Shown in pieces: positions 26,882 through 43,900 of a stretch of DNA of 64,000 bases (positions within the stretch are counted from its first letter, which is position 1; each line of letters begins with the position of its first letter). Both the position numbers and the translations under genes were made by a program. The stretch is from Trichoplax adhaerens. Lineage: Eukaryota; Animalia; Placozoa. The notes beneath the pieces were generated by a model. The model saw nothing but the letters and a program-made list of their open reading frames with translations, ran no database searches and was not told where the DNA came from. The stretch is taken from positions 1,945,815-2,009,814 of the forward strand of contig NW_002060944.1 in NCBI RefSeq assembly GCF_000150275.1, written 5' to 3'.

Positions 26882-29800
26882 TTAGGATCCGTCAACCAGC
26901 TCATCAATCTCAACACCGTACTTTCGTAGTGTCTCTTCTAAAGGGCTAAAATTAACATAAGAGTCAGCATAGCTTGAATCTAAAGAAGCAACATTTGCGT
27001 CCACATTTTCAGTTACGCTGCTCCTTCCATTGCCGCGATCGACTTGCAAAAGACTTATGCCACCACTATCAACATCAGGTGTATCATTAATATTGCTTTC
27101 TTCACTGTTACCGAAGCTGCTTTCTTCGGTAGGGCAAATATCAAATTTATTGATTTCGCAATTTTCTGACGTGGACATTTTCGACTCAGACGGCAGATTA
27201 GAGGCCATCTTGGCTTCTGCTGGCTTAGTTGGACTAATAAGCAGGTCATCTGAAATGAAGACTTGACTAGATTCTCTTTTAACAGTAAATGGTACCTCAC
27301 TAACAACTAATTTACCAAATTCGCCGTTATAATCGCTACTGTGATTTCCTTTGTCAGATTGAAAAATATCGTTTGATCTATTGCATGACACCTGCTCAGC
27401 AGAATAGCTTTGTACTTTCGAGTCTTGCATATTATTCGATGGATTAATGTTATCAAATTTTCTAGATTGTTCAAGGCACGAGGATGTGCACGTAGATCCA
27501 TGACTTGGTGTCGAAATTGAATGGTTCAATCTCCGATTGCTGATACTTTCTACAAAGCTAGGAGTTGTGAGAGAAGTTGTTAATTGTTCATGCTTTTGAC
27601 AGATTTGCTTATCGAATGGGTTCGCTTCTATGTTAGCTACAGCTGCGCTTTTTTCGTTAAAATTAAAAAAAGGTTGACTTGCCGAGTTCATAGATCGATC
27701 ATATTTGGGGGACTGACATGAAGAGTGAGTGTAGATTGCCTCTTTATCGGAATTCGGTGATATTTTACAATTTTCTAAACTTGATGGAGGATGCATCAAG
27801 TCGGTTTTATACGTTTGTCCAACTAATAACTGCGATTGCCTTTTGATTTTACTGTGACCAAATGATCGTACCAACAACGTCATATCCTCATGATACCAAC
27901 AATTGCTACGTTGATCATTAAAACATGCCCTGTGAGTTCGGCATATTTCGTTTACAACCTGTTGAGAGACGTCATTAATGTCTTTTCCTCTTTCCAATTT
28001 ACTCCAAATTAGTTTTGCAATATAAATATTTGGATCTGTAATATTCGAATGTGCTTCCAGTACTTTGTATATTCCAGACGACATAAGAACCAAAAAATGC
28101 CAAGAGTCATAATTTATAGGATAACCACCTCGAATGTCTGGTTTTGCTGTAATTGGTTCACTCAATGACACGCTAATTTCAAATTTTAAATAAATAAATT
28201 AAGAAAAAACATGAATATATTGACAATATCTCAAATTAAGTTATAATTTTTGGAGTATATTGTTAAGTAATAAAGTCTAGTTTAACTTCAGCCTTTTAAA
28301 GTAACATTTCGCAACCTTATCTGTTATTTTTGTAAGAAGTAAAATGCCGTTTTACTGCATACAAAACCTGCATATTATAAGCGCATTATCAATTGCCATG
28401 CAAGAAGAATTCTGGGATCATATTTGAAAATATGTCTACGCCTGCATTACCTATTTAATGTAATTAACAGTAAGAATATGCGCAACTTTGTCCGTTTATA
28501 CATATATGTCTCCTTGTATATTCGTACTAGTTGAGAACGTGGTAACACACTGTAAACCCTTGAGCAATTAAAAATTGGCGCAATCGAATCGAATGTCAAC
28601 CCAGTCCAAAATAGTCATAAACTTTAGAAATTTGTTATATTTCTTATGCTAGGCTCGGAGTAAGATACTGGTATCATAGAGCAGTAGTCTGATCCATATA
28701 CAGAAAACATTCAAAGATTAATTGCTACTTTATGGCGCTTACAGCTGTGATACTTTTACATTAGCCAAAATGGGATTGGTGTAGCTACGGGTCACAGTAC
28801 TAGATTCAGCTATCAATAATATAACAATATAATATACGTTGTTCGTGTATTGAAATGACAAAAATAAATACACCGATAGAAGTAGAGCTACACTTCACTA
28901 CATTTGATCGCAACGGGCAATTTAATGGGCTGTACTGGCTCTGTCACTTTCCAGTAATACTGAAAAAAGAACTACATCTGGTACACCTGCTTTACATACT
29001 ATAATACGCATTTTAATGTATTAGAGAATTTATGATAGAAATGCTTGCAAACGTAGTGAGCTAGTCAAATCGATGCGTATCTAGAACTTCTTTGATCTAC
29101 TAAAAATAGTCCACATAGTACATTAAATAGCAAGCGTAAGGCTGTTATTGAATAAAAATAGTCAGATACTAGAACATCCTGTCGTATAAAGAATTAAATA
29201 ACTATCTGTCACGGCGTAAGTAAAGCAACTAGGCTACAATATATCTGCTACTGATAAATGCAACGTTGTATCAACTGCAATATAAAGTATATATAGTGCA
29301 TATTAGTATGCATCATTGGCAGTAATAACTATACAGAACCTCAAAATATCGCTCTCCTTATAGCCACCCTTCAAGTAATAATCGCCAATAGTTCGTGTAT
29401 TATTATGGCTACCAAGAACTCCAGAACTCGTCAATCGATTTATGTCGATACCCAATGATCGCAAGCGCGAAGCTTCGTCTTTATTACTAACTGTATGATC
29501 AATGCTGAGCTGCTGAACTTCGAAATCACTTCCTTCAGTTCGGTAGCATAACAATGCCCTAAGATAAAATTAATGAGTATAATGCTTGTTAATCAAAGTA
29601 TAAGTTTCGATCATTCAAATTAGCTGCAAATTTGCAATTTTCTTGTACAGGAGTTCTTAAGAATATTGTTCAAGTCTTCTTAACTTAATTATTCATATGT
29701 CTAAAAGTAAAGTACGTGAATATCACACTCAATTAAACTTGAGACTTAATAATACTGTATTAAGTGTCGACTTTACTCAAGTATGCCGCACAAGTAGCGA

Positions 29801-30964
29801 TAAAGGACGTTCTTTTATTAGAAAGTCGATGAACTTAATCACGAACACAAACTTATGCAGTGTGAGTAACTGAAGGGGTAACAATTTCATTCTATTATAA
29901 TTAATTAAAATGGAGGGGTACAAATAAAGAAAAAGAATTCTTCGGATTCAGAGTGTAAATGATGAAACCTACTCATGCGATCTGATCTAGCTTTTAAAAG
30001 TTATATATAACATGTAATCATATCTACGAGAATAATTTTTACCTTGCATCACCCACGCTGGCAACATAAAGGTTGTCTTCATGGATCAGCGCGATTACCG
30101 CAGCAGCACCGCCGCTGATTAATTCTTGGAGCTGTTGTAAACGTTCCACTTTTTTAGGGTATTTCTTGAATACTTCGTAATCATTCATGGTCTAAGTAAC
30201 GCATAAAATGAAATGTTAAGTCGTGCCAAAGGCATATTAGACGTTAAGTTTCAAGAGGTTTAAATCAAATAATTAGCCATCCTGACTTCAAAATGTAAGC
30301 ACTCCGAATATTTAAAGTCAAATATTAATAAATACGTAGCAGTTAATAAATATTAAATAAATGTTATTATGATTGCAAAATTAAGGAAGTAATATATAGA
30401 GCGTAATAGAAATGTAAAGCATCGGTGTAGAATAACATGAGCATAGATTAAAATACGCTCAGTAACAGCAAGCACAAAATCAAGTAAGTGTAGCCTGGGA
30501 TTCAGCTCTATAACTTTCCATAGAAATTCAATACAATTGATTTGACTTATAACTAAAATACATTAACGTACTGTATCAAAGTAACGTACCGTGGGTAAAC
30601 TTTGCAACAGTTCTATCCGTTCGGTTAATAGATCGGATATGGATTCAAAGAATCCTCGTTCCACTGAATTAAATGCATCCACTAAAACATTAACCACATC
30701 ACAACTTGAAATACCACGGCTAATCCTTTGCTCCAAGAGTATTTCAGCCGGGAATCTCTGCGATGCGAAAACGGCAGCGCGTTTACCGTCGTGACCATCG
30801 AAAACACCATAAAGATAGCTACCGTTTCCATAATGCAACCTGAAACTGCAGTCGTCATACTCGTGCTCGTGGCAAGAAGATATTCCGTCAGGAGCAATTC
30901 GTTCATTCGTTACAGTTCCTATGCCAGTTGATGGGCAAACTGGAATATCATCTATCCAATTCAT
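26882..30964 (-). CDS. TAB1: TAK1-binding protein 1 (PP2C-like pseudophosphatase)
   Basis: Exons 30964-30590, 30191-30043, 29558-29340 and 28172-26882. WIDDIPVC, LYGVFDGHDG, AFNSVERGFFESI, LYVASVGDARALLC, TRTIGDY..KGGY, HEDMTLLVR, a long S/N-rich linker and C-terminal YVNF (TAK1-binding-like). Confidence 0.92.
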
Positions 30965-31084
30965 CCCTACTAGTTTATTAATATTATTTTTTAATTCTAG
31001 TTTCTTTCTTTTTTATTCGACACTGAACAGTATTGCAATTTGCGGTTTTACAAATATTCATTTCCTTCCCCTCAACAGTGATCA

Positions 31085-31845
31085 TCAGTACACAGTACTG
31101 TACTGTACTGCATAGAGTACATTTATATCATAAAACTTTAAAAAGTTAGGTTTTGATATACAGTACTGTACTGTACTGTACAGTACGGTACAGGGACTCC
31201 TCAACCACCCCCAGCTTCAAGCTGTGAACGGTGTACAGTACGTACTGTACTGTACTGTACAGTGTACAGTACTGTACTGTAGATAGAGATCGACTTTGAA
31301 TTCTACTCTGCAGAATAAAATTCAAAGTGCATATCCTGTAACTGCCTAGTTCTGCTGTAATTATAATTATCGATTGACTAGTCCAAGTTTCTGTAGATTT
31401 TGTCGCTGTCATTAGAACGTTTGTGGTCCACTGCAATATTATTTTACAAGTCCTACAGTATGACCGTCATTGTACTGTAGAGCGGTACTGTACTGTACTG
31501 TAGGTGTCCCCTAATACAGTAATGATCACAGGACTGTACACTGTACAGTATACAGTACTGTACAATACAGTACACCTCCCCATTTGTAATCATTACTGTA
31601 CTGTACAGTGTACTGTACATCGCATGCACTGTACAGTACTCATAGAGGTTTTTTCTTACCTCTACAGTACAGTACAGTATGACTGTACTGTACTGTATTG
31701 GCCACCAAAATACTGTACTGTACTGTACTGTACTGTACTGTACATTAATCACGCTATTTTGTGGCGAACTGTGCTTGGCTGCATGGCGCAGAGCTCTAGT
31801 CAGCGGTACAGTACCGTACTGTATATGTACATTACAGTGCTACGG
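31085..31845. promoter_or_regulatory. Pentamer-rich putative bidirectional promoter, TAB1/RAB14
   Basis: One of the densest arrays in the window, including (TACTG)n at about 31711-31742. It is followed by likely RAB14 5'-UTR exon donors (e.g. GTAAGG near 31946). A second array lies at 32680-32935. Confidence 0.5.
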
Positions 31846-34384
31846 TAACAGTAGTACTGGACGAGGCAGTAATAAGGGAGCTTTGAACTTGTTTGCTTTG
31901 CCATCTTTTTGGGTTATTACTTACTTATTTATTGAACCATCGCTGGTAAGGACGTAAGGACCACGGCAAGGAAGTGTCTGTCGCAGTGTCACAACTTCGG
32001 AAAAGTTACTCCGGTCAATACATAGTGTTGGTGCTGCATCGTTTCTAGTCTTATCATCTTTCTCTGAATAATACGTGAGCTATCAAAATCGAATCCAATT
32101 AAAATTTGCACAATTAATTTGCAATTGCTTTGGTAAGTCAATGTAACGAAATGGAGTGTATTAAAATATATACCTACAGTAATCAGGGGGTACTACTGCT
32201 TAACTTCAAATATTCGTCGATACATTAATAAACGGTATATTAATCGTGGCGATACTTTGCGGTTAATAATTCTATTTATCGATCACTGAATTATAAATAT
32301 TCTGACACGAAGCGGTATTGTTTATAGCTAACATTAAGATTTTAGTGCAAGGTAGTGAAAGCTGACTAAACTCTCATTAATGATCGGTACAGTTGTAGTG
32401 TCGTACTTTCTCTTCGGCAATCTCTAGTGTAACAGTATGTATTTATTGTAGTATCTATTACATCGTAGCAGTCGTTTTAACTTCTTTAAATTTACGGTTT
32501 AACAGTCCGACTATTACTCTCAGTATATCTTTTCTATCATAAATCCCCAGTGTAGTCGCATAAGTTGAATTAAAATGGCATTTACTCTTTTCATGACAAA
32601 TCTTATTTCGCACCCTGCCATTGGTAAGAAAAAACCCTAACCTCTTATCTCAGTACTGTGCTTATGTCTACGGCAGTTGGTACGTACTGTACAGTACAGT
32701 GTACAGTACATACAATGTACTGTATGCATGTCGGTAGTGATTGCAGCGTGCGTTGTGCCTCTACAGTCTGTACATACAGTACTGTATGATGCCCAAGTTC
32801 TCAACATACTGTACTGTACAGTATGACACAGTAAATTATTGTACTGACTTGTAGTCGGAAGAATCGGCCTGTACTGTAGGCAATAGACAGTACACTACTA
32901 GTAGTACAGTACAGTACTGTTACTGTTACAACTGTATGACGGCAGTGCTAATTACTAATCACCGAGGTAAAAGGAAAAATTCTAGTGGTTTAAACATGAA
33001 CAATCTTTATAATACTATACTAGAAATCACTTATACTCGTATATCAGGGTTTTGTTCGCATATATCGTATCGAAACATGTAATTGCATTTTAGGAGCTTT
33101 TAAGTACGTCGTATTTACAGTAATATAGTACGCTAATGAGTAGTTCTTTACTAGATTGCTGATTAGAAACGGTAGTTTGTTCATATAGTAAAAGAGATAT
33201 TACTGCAGCATTACAAGTCATACTGCTAGACCTTAATTCAGATCACATTCCCCGGATTGTTTACTGTCAGATGTAGCACTACCTGTATTCCATATTTGAA
33301 ATTTTCTGCGAAAGTGAGACACTAGTAGTAAACTGCAGGTAATAAATACAGGCTTTAACTAAGCAAGGAAACCGCTCTATTTATTGGTATTTACGCATAT
33401 TAATCACAAAGCAGCATTCAACATTTGGATTTCGTTTTCAAACTCTTCAACAGCTATACTGTTTATATATAAATTGCATTTTGGTCAATCTTCACTAAGC
33501 AATAGCATACCGTACATTGTAAGTACACACCAGATTTTTCTCTCCATTTGAATTGGTACACTTTGATGCAACATGGACGTTTATGTACTGACAATGCACG
33601 CCCTTTTGTGAGTTATATACAGACTCAGAGTAGATCTATGCACGTAACATATTGTGCAATCATGAACTACTGAAAAGGAACCGGCAACTTTTCAGTATTC
33701 AATGACAGATTTACCCCTGATTCTCTGTACGGCATTTCTGACAAATTTTAATCCAAGTCTCCTTACGAACAGTTCTAAACACTTACGTTACCTACGTTAT
33801 ATTGATGGACCACATGTTCTAACCCACTTCGTCTTAGTTGTAGTACTGTAGCATGTCTGAATATTTATTTACAATTTAAGACAAGGCGTATGTATTTATC
33901 AATGGAATTCCTAACTGATTAATCAGACTATTCGTCGTATCAACTTCTTTATTATGTGATTCTTTTAGGGGTTATTTTTATAAGGATACACTTTGATCAA
34001 ACAGTTAACAACTATTTTTATTTGGTTGTATCTGAAGACGGTGGATAATCAGTGAGGATCTTTTTCGTGAAATTCGGTATATTATATACTCTGCTGTTTC
34101 GCGCTATAAAAATACGGAATAATACAGGTACGATTGGTTGTATATTATTTCTATTGCTCACTTTGTTTTCGAATTTTAGCCATAGCTTTTGGATTGATTG
34201 TGATCTATTTACGATATACGCGTATAATTGTTCAGTTTTGTGGTTTTATAGGTTTCTTAATTATTTTCCAATCGTTTACGGAACAATAAATGACACTAAC
34301 TTATAAATTTTTATTCAATTTAGATAGATAGCTAGGTGATTAATTTCCGTATTTCAACTGCCGAGTTTATTTCTGAATACTACA

Positions 34385-35836
<1,452 letters not shown>

Positions 35837-36651
35837 TATGATCAAACGTTGAATATTATCCACACTGCATTAACATAAATTCTTTGTCAACTAGACTACA
35901 AGATAACTTGATGTATTAGAAAAATTTAATCAATTACGGTAGTATCGTCATTGTTCTGTAAGTGTAGTAGATTCCTTTAGGATGACAACTGTAATTGTCA
36001 TTTTAAAGATAACTAGATTATGAAGCAATTAGTACTGCCGTTCGTAGAATCTATTATACCAAATTTTGAATAACGCGTGGTTTAGGGTTAATAATTTTAT
36101 TTACTGTACCACTAAGTTTTGAACGAGATAATCTCGAGAAAGTTTCCTTATAATGGTGAACTTGGTACAGTAGCATTGATGTAATCTATAAATAAGTATA
36201 CAACATTAGATTTCGTTTTCAATTACGAAATGTTTTTGATTAGCTATCAACTGTTATAGATGTCTAGAAATCTCTCTAAAGCTACCACGTAGGTTCATAA
36301 TCTTCAACATTCGATATCATGCATTGCAGTCTGTACATAAACTACATGAACGGAGTATTATAGATATATCAAAGCGCAGTGGATATACAGTAAAGTATAC
36401 TTCACACCCTCAACTTGATGTGTTGTATAGTGAATTAATAATATCTATATCTATCATAAGGAATCACAACTTCACGGAAATTGGTATCTTTACAAGCCTA
36501 GGCATTACGTCTATACTGTGTAACACGTGACTCAGTTTCTGATACGCGCCATAAATATGGCCTAACATATTGTGCTACATTTCCCTTTTTATTTTTTTTG
36601 AACTGATAAACGCAGTTTGGACATCACTAAAAATTTTTGATACTGTCTTCA

Positions 36652-37368
36652 ATATTTATATAGTTTTGAGGTACATTAGTGGCTCCAAGCTTAGAGCTTC
36701 GAAAAGTAATGAACTCTAATGGCAATTTTTTGCATCATGCTAAGCAGCAATGGTCTAGACAAAATATCGAAATATAATACAAACCTGCTTTTTGCAGCTC
36801 GACTACTATACAAGTATTACATCAAAGTAACGAGGTAACAAGAGCTTAGCACTTCAATCACGGGACGCTATCTTATTATCATGACTAACGAGTCACATTC
36901 ATACATTTGCAAAGATTATGATACAATGCATTTATCGTATACCCTATTAGAAGTATTTAGCGAAACAGGTTCATCCCACCATAAGACTGATTCATAGTTC
37001 AGTCTAGCTATATTTATATAGTTTTGAGGTACATTAGTGGCTCCAAGCTTAGAGCTTCGAAAAGTAATGAACTCTAATGGCAATTTTTTGCATCATGCTA
37101 AGCAGCAATGGTCTAGACAAAATATCGAAATATAATACAAACCTGCTTTTTGCAGCTCGACTACTATACAAGTATTACATCAAAGTAACGAGGTAACAAG
37201 AGCTTAGTACTTCAATCACGGGACGCTATCTTATTATCATGACTATCGAGTCACATTCATACATTTGCAAAGATTATGATACAATGCATTTATCGTATAT
37301 CCTATTAGAAGTATTTAGCGAAACAGGTTCATCCCACCATAAGACTGATTCATAGTTCAGTCTAGCTA
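36652..37368. repeat. Tandem duplication, two copies of 358 bp
   Basis: 36652-37009 and 37010-37367 are near-identical; I see 3 substitutions. Confidence 0.95.
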
Positions 37369-37942
37369 GCAAGCGTTTGCACGATACGGTCGGTATTCAC
37401 TGTACATTGTACGAGAACTTATATGGCACGTGCGCAAAAAGCGGTGTTATGCAAGCAAAGGTGTAAAGTATAGGAGACTATATAAAGTATTTTATTCCCT
37501 CAGGCTGATGCATGCATGGTCACGGTTGTGCGCTTTACATTTCCATTGCTACTACCGAAGATTAAACGCATTTGAAACTTAAACTCCCTCACCATCGTCA
37601 GGCTAATTTTCTCAAAATTAGGACCTTGTAATATCCAAATAACGCTTCGTACTCGCAATGCTTCTTTCTGTCTATTGTAAGTATTCATATCATTATGTAC
37701 TATATTACTGTGAAATATAACATATAATGTAATTATCTAGCAGGCAATGACGCTAATTTTTTGATACTGAATATAATTGCAAACAAAGAAATATTTTAAT
37801 TATTAAGCCTTTATTATCCAGGAAAATGAAAATATTGTGCACAGTATTAGAGATGTCATATACTTTCATCAAAATTATAATATTACGGCGCATCTAAATC
37901 TATTGCAATTACTAAAGGCTCTGCACTCATAGTTTAATACTT

Positions 37943-40900
37943 TCAAGGTAATGAATCTGTATTTTCTAATCCTTGACCGGTTTTTTCATGTGCATCTCGC
38001 AGCAGCAGTTGTTCACTCTCTTCATTTTCTAAACGTGAATCTTCAGGATTCGGAGTGCCGACCGCCCATAGTAACAGATGATATGGTGCCATCATCAGTG
38101 AACGGCAAAACGCAATTGCGTCTTCATAACACACATTATCCAGGCAGAAACATTGGACTGTTGATTAAATCAGCAGACGAATCATATTAGTGTCTCAGAA
38201 AGAAATTTTCTGTTAAATCACATTTATTAGTACTAACTCATACATACACCATTATCATAGCATGAACTAGATCAGCTCGGCTCAGACCCTGAACAGGGAT
38301 ATCATAGGTCATTATAAGAATATCAATAAATCCTTAAAATTTGACTGTGTAACACTAAAATTACCAGCAATTCGCTTAATATGTATACTATTTAAATGGT
38401 CTTTGGGAATCCCTAGTATGTAGGTTAGGTGATTAAATGTGGCAGAAGGCAAAGCTTTGCGAATTATGGCATGAATAGTATTTCCAAACTTGTGATTGTA
38501 CGGTATCATGACTTTATCATTTAATAGGTAATTAACTTAATTGTGTTAACTACTACGTGTACAGGTAAATACCATACATTTCATTCTATATACTAACACA
38601 TCAATAAACAATGCTATCCTCGACTGTTATTCGAATAAAGAAACTAAAATATAAGTAGTCAGAAATCTTATTTACCGTACCAGTGAACCGGATATGCGCA
38701 AATACCGTACTGTAATCACTCCTCCACAGTATAGTATATATAATAAAATGATAGAAGATCAAGATAAACGCATCTAAATATCCGTATTGTTCCTAATTGC
38801 TATTCTATCTCGATGGTAGTAAGGTAAGTCTGTCCGAGCGTGCCGTTTACTGTTTTACCACTGATAATACTTTAAGAATTTCAAAGACTGAGAAAGTCAC
38901 CAAAGCATTCCAAGTAGCTAAATATTTAGACAATACACCGTCTGCAATGGCTATGACATGGAGATGCAGGGTTGTATGTGATGATATAAAGGATGAACGT
39001 CGGAAATAACCGTTAGTATATTGTAATATTGCTTTATACAGTTGAGTTAATCTAGAAGTATAATGCATACTCACAGAGAAAAAGTGTCAACCAAGAAAGG
39101 CAAACAGCAATGGATAGTGCACACGCCGGAGGAAGTAAAAAGGCAAAGGTGATAATTCTACAGCAAAAAGGCCACTTTTGATCCTCATATTCGCGATCAG
39201 AATGATTTGTTAGCATACAATCTCCTAGACAAGAATTAAAAAAATGAGACAACTATTAGGTAAAAGATATACTTAAACACTTTGGATATATACGGTATCT
39301 AGTATCTACTATATATGAACTACGTTCTTGAAGTATCCTGTTATATGGGATGCTAGGGAATATAAGTGAATAGATCATAATTATACAATTAATCCACGTA
39401 ATATACCACATTTGTGAGCAATCAATAAGAACTTCCTTCATTACGAAAATATAGGACAGAACCTTAGTTATTAAAATGATAGGACATACAATACTAGCAA
39501 AACCTACATCTTTTAATCCTTGACAACACCTTTTAAGAATTACTTAATTTGTAAAATTTCTTATAGTCTATGTAAAGACTGAATGATGTACATTATGTTT
39601 ATAAATGCAATTCAGTTGCGACGACAGCGATGCTATTGTTAAATTCGTTACTATATACAGATCAGCATGGCACAATATATAAATAGTTGTAGGAAACTAA
39701 TAGTATGATAATATAAAATTTGTAAGCAATTATTAAGTAGAATAGCGGTAACAACGAAATTACCCGGATTGATAAATTGTAGTTTATAATTAACTATTGC
39801 ATTCTTAGACTGAAACCAGACTATAAATGTATTTATATTTTAGAGAAGTACGTACTGGAACTTAAATTTATAATTAGCACGCTTGTAAAAATTGATTTAT
39901 TTTTTCTCAGAAGTAAATAATTGTTTACTGTACAGCGTTTACCTTCCTGACTGTTTAAGCTTCTTTCCAAGATGATTTGCGTGTTGATTAATTGAGTATT
40001 CGGATAAAATTAATAGGTGAGTTTCAGACCTTCCATATAAATTTAGAACAACGCTTTTATCCCTAATCACTTTGCATACCTGTCTTTCAGTATATTTACG
40101 ACCTGATCCCTTTCTGACGGCAGAATAAATATGATGGGAGTAATTACAATTAAACCTTCCACGCTCTCAAGAACTTCCTGTAATTTTTTGAATTCTCAAG
40201 CTTAAATGTACTGTATTGTATTTACATCAATGACACATTGTGAAATTTCTAAAATTTAATTTGCCGCAATTTATAATAGATGAAAGTATATTAATGCATG
40301 GGTGACGTAGTGGTATTTCATAATGCTGATGAATTAGGCACTACGGCATTATGGGTATTAGCATTCCTTGACCCGCATTAATATCTTAATTTTAGCTTTA
40401 CTGTATTTAATGCTGTAACACAATGATGAGTAAATTTGAGATGTTAAACTTAATTATAAAGCATCATACTCTATGTAAACTTACGAATAGAACTCGTAAT
40501 TACGATTACAAATTTATAATTAATTATTGGCATACATTGCGTATAGACACAGTGGACAAAAGAGCAAACTACTGTCGTGACAAGATAAACGTGCAGTGCG
40601 GATACAATACCCTGTTTGGTAGTATGCATGACTTTCATCCGTGTACTTAAGTAAAGGCAAAGCTTAATGAAGTGGGAATTAAATATTCCTTGCTTACGTA
40701 ACTCTTGTCTAAATCTATCCACTTTGTATGTCCGTTAGGAACCCCAGAATAAAGAGCAACCTAACGTGCAACCGTTAGCTATTTATACTGTCTTGTATAT
40801 TAAATGTATAAATCTTACCGTCGTGGCTTCTACTTGACGCGATAAGCATTTCTTTTGGGTACGAGCTATGATATCTTGTAAGTTTTCACCTAATCTAAGA

Positions 40901-43900
40901 TCATAAAGTTCCGTAATAAAACTTTAAAACTTTAATCCTATTATTTCAATTTGCTAATAGGAATTAAAGGCCTCGAAAATGACCCATATTTACAGTTTGA
41001 GCTCAATAAATTTCAATAATTCCTTGTCACAGCACTTCACTGTTTCAGTAAACTCCTACAACAAATAATTAATGTAAGTTTTTTTAGCTAACTTTTTTAA
41101 AAGTCTCACTTTGATCAACGATTAGCGTTATGTCCTTTAGTCTGTACCCAAAACATTTCATCTTACTTGCAAGATTTCAACAGCCTGCGCATAGTGACTT
41201 TTACTATTTTGTAAAACCGTAAGGGCTTGATGCACTTGTTGTGGAAATCTAATACAGAAAAAAATGTAGCAATATAAAAATAGTAAGCCTCTAGCATTAT
41301 TTGACGATAATCAATCAGTATAGTATTTTACTATTGTACTTATCGCTGCTTTCTAGGATCGAAAGGCCCTGATAGTATCTTGATATCGCTTTAAATGCTT
41401 CCGCTGGTAATGAATAATAAACAGAAAATAGATATTTACGAACTGAGTTTTCGTAAATATCAATAGATCAATGTACTCTTATTAATCAGTACGTATACGT
41501 ATAATAAGTAGTATTATGACCGGCACAATACCTTTATACATAAGATAGAGTTGCCATTCTTTACTCCCCTATCGAAACAGATTTAACATAGGCGTTCAAA
41601 AGTTTTAATGAACTCAATTAAAAGAAATGCCACTCGAATGCACACGGTAGAAAACGTCTCATATAAGATACAACCAGTGTCTCATAAACCAAGATAACTA
41701 ACTACAAGCTACCTTCGACATAGTCGATTCACTACGGGATCCATCAGCTAATTAATAAAGTTAAAACGCTCTACAATACAAGTGCCCTTGACATTGAGCT
41801 ACGGTATTCATGAAGAATTTATCTTAACGCAACATTAGAAATGCTGTAGAATGTATTTGTAACTGCAGCAGAGACCAATCGACATAAAGAATTTGCAGAA
41901 CTAACTACAGAATTAGGAAAAGTATTTTCCTAAATATCATGTCCTGAAACAGAAATCCTTGATATATTCACCAGAAATACGTATACCGAGGAATATTATC
42001 GATATTTTTACCAGTAGCGAGAATCATTTTCTTCTATTAGAAAGACACTATAGTGCATATCATATGATTTCAACTACATGGCAGGGAGATAAAATTCAAG
42101 ACGGTTTTATAATAAACTGTACGGTAGTACCAGCTAAGATGCATCGAACTTGTACAGTATGCATTATACTGTACGCGTATATACAAAATCAATACTGTAC
42201 TATCAGTTTATCACTATGGAGATAACAACATTGCTAAATAATAATGGTAATTTGTACTAATACAGTTGTGATCTAGGCAGACCCAATTTAGTATAATCGG
42301 TAGATTTCTTATTATTAGCCTAAAGCCGGAACTAGTCAGCAGCGGCTGATGAAAGATTGTAGCCTATTGAGCTAGGGTAAAAAGGACGATATCCTTTGTC
42401 AGCAGATGAAACCGATATCTACGTGTGTGACAATACAGTAACATACAGTACTAGATTCTGATTGTGCTAATATTTGTGTAAAATTGATAAATTGAAATAT
42501 AATTCAAATGCTAGAATTACTCATTTAACTAACAGGATAACTTATCTTTATCTACTACTGTAGATTACGTTAGTTTCTTCTCTTTACTCACTATTATCTT
42601 CGAAGCCGCCCAGCAGTGTCGATAGATACCTTCACTTAATTTACTAATTTGGAGGACTTCACGACTTGATACAATAGCTCTTATTACTGTTATAATCTAA
42701 CAAACATAAATTGCAGATTTTTATTATTATGATTAAATAATAGAAATTAATTTACCATAAAGATTTCGCAAAACAATGCATATACTGTTTTTACTTCGAT
42801 AGCTACATGCTAAAGTAAGTACGCGTAACTTTATATGCGTACATACTTGCGCTTCCGCGATACTTTGAATATGCAACTTTTCCAGTATTGTCTCTGCGAT
42901 TAATGAATTTACGAATTGATTCATTTTACTTTTATCTAAGAATGCTATATTCAATGTTCCCCACAAAATTTGTCTAATATACCGTCTAAAAAATTGGGAC
43001 GCTCATCTGTCACATTATCATTAACGTATGTGAAGATTCCGGCTGCAGTTCGGTAACATTGCAAGATCTCCTAAGTATAAACCCAAGTAAAAGATTCAGT
43101 GAAATACACGGCGTGGTTCTTCTAAGATTGTGTTACATTGAGAAATTATCAGCTAAGATATTCTAAAACACTTAAATTAGTTTGATACTTTAGCGTCTAC
43201 TTCGTTCATTTCATGCTCACACGCTTGAGATTTTATCTGATGTTTATAGAACGTATCCAATGTTACATACAAAAATGAATAGTAAATTGAGAATTGTTAG
43301 ATATCGCTACGATAGAATAATTCTTATTAAATATTTTTAAGGCTATTAGCTGTCACCCCTGTAACATGTGATAAGACGAAATTTATCACATGATAAGGCA
43401 GAGTACGTAGACTATAAATACCGGTAATTAACAATAAAGTGCTAGTTACAATCATACTCTCGGAGTAATCTCTTATTTGAAATACACAACAAGAATATAA
43501 TCGATATTTGGGGAAATATCTACTGTTGGCCCTCGTGCTACAACATTGTGAATTATAAAACTTTCTTATTTCTTACAAGATCAGCGATAAGCATCAGACG
43601 AAGGCCTACCGCCATAGTCATAGCCAGTTTATCAACCCGCATTCCATTTATATCTACTTCCAAACCATCTGTAAAGCTGATCCATTTATATCTTTAAGAA
43701 AAATATCATCAAAATTATTCAGTTTGATGCCCTTCAATTATGATTATTATAACATTTGAACCATTAAAACAAATAATGTAACAATATTTGGTACCAAAAG
43801 ATACCGCACCTATTGGATAAATACGCCGTTAGTCTAAATACGTAAACTAACCTGATAGAAGATAAAAACTTTATGCATTCCTATATAAAAAGAAAGTGAT

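Noticed and set aside
31085-31845. CRISPR-like repeat-spacer appearance of the pentamer arrays
   Set aside because: No constant 25-45 bp repeat with regular spacers, no cas genes, eukaryotic context.
37500-37688. 62-aa minus-strand ORF
   Set aside because: No recognisable motif or splice connection.
41431-41461. 12-bp intronic inverted repeat (and a 10-bp one at 43365-43392)
   Set aside because: Short and AT-rich; plausible by chance.
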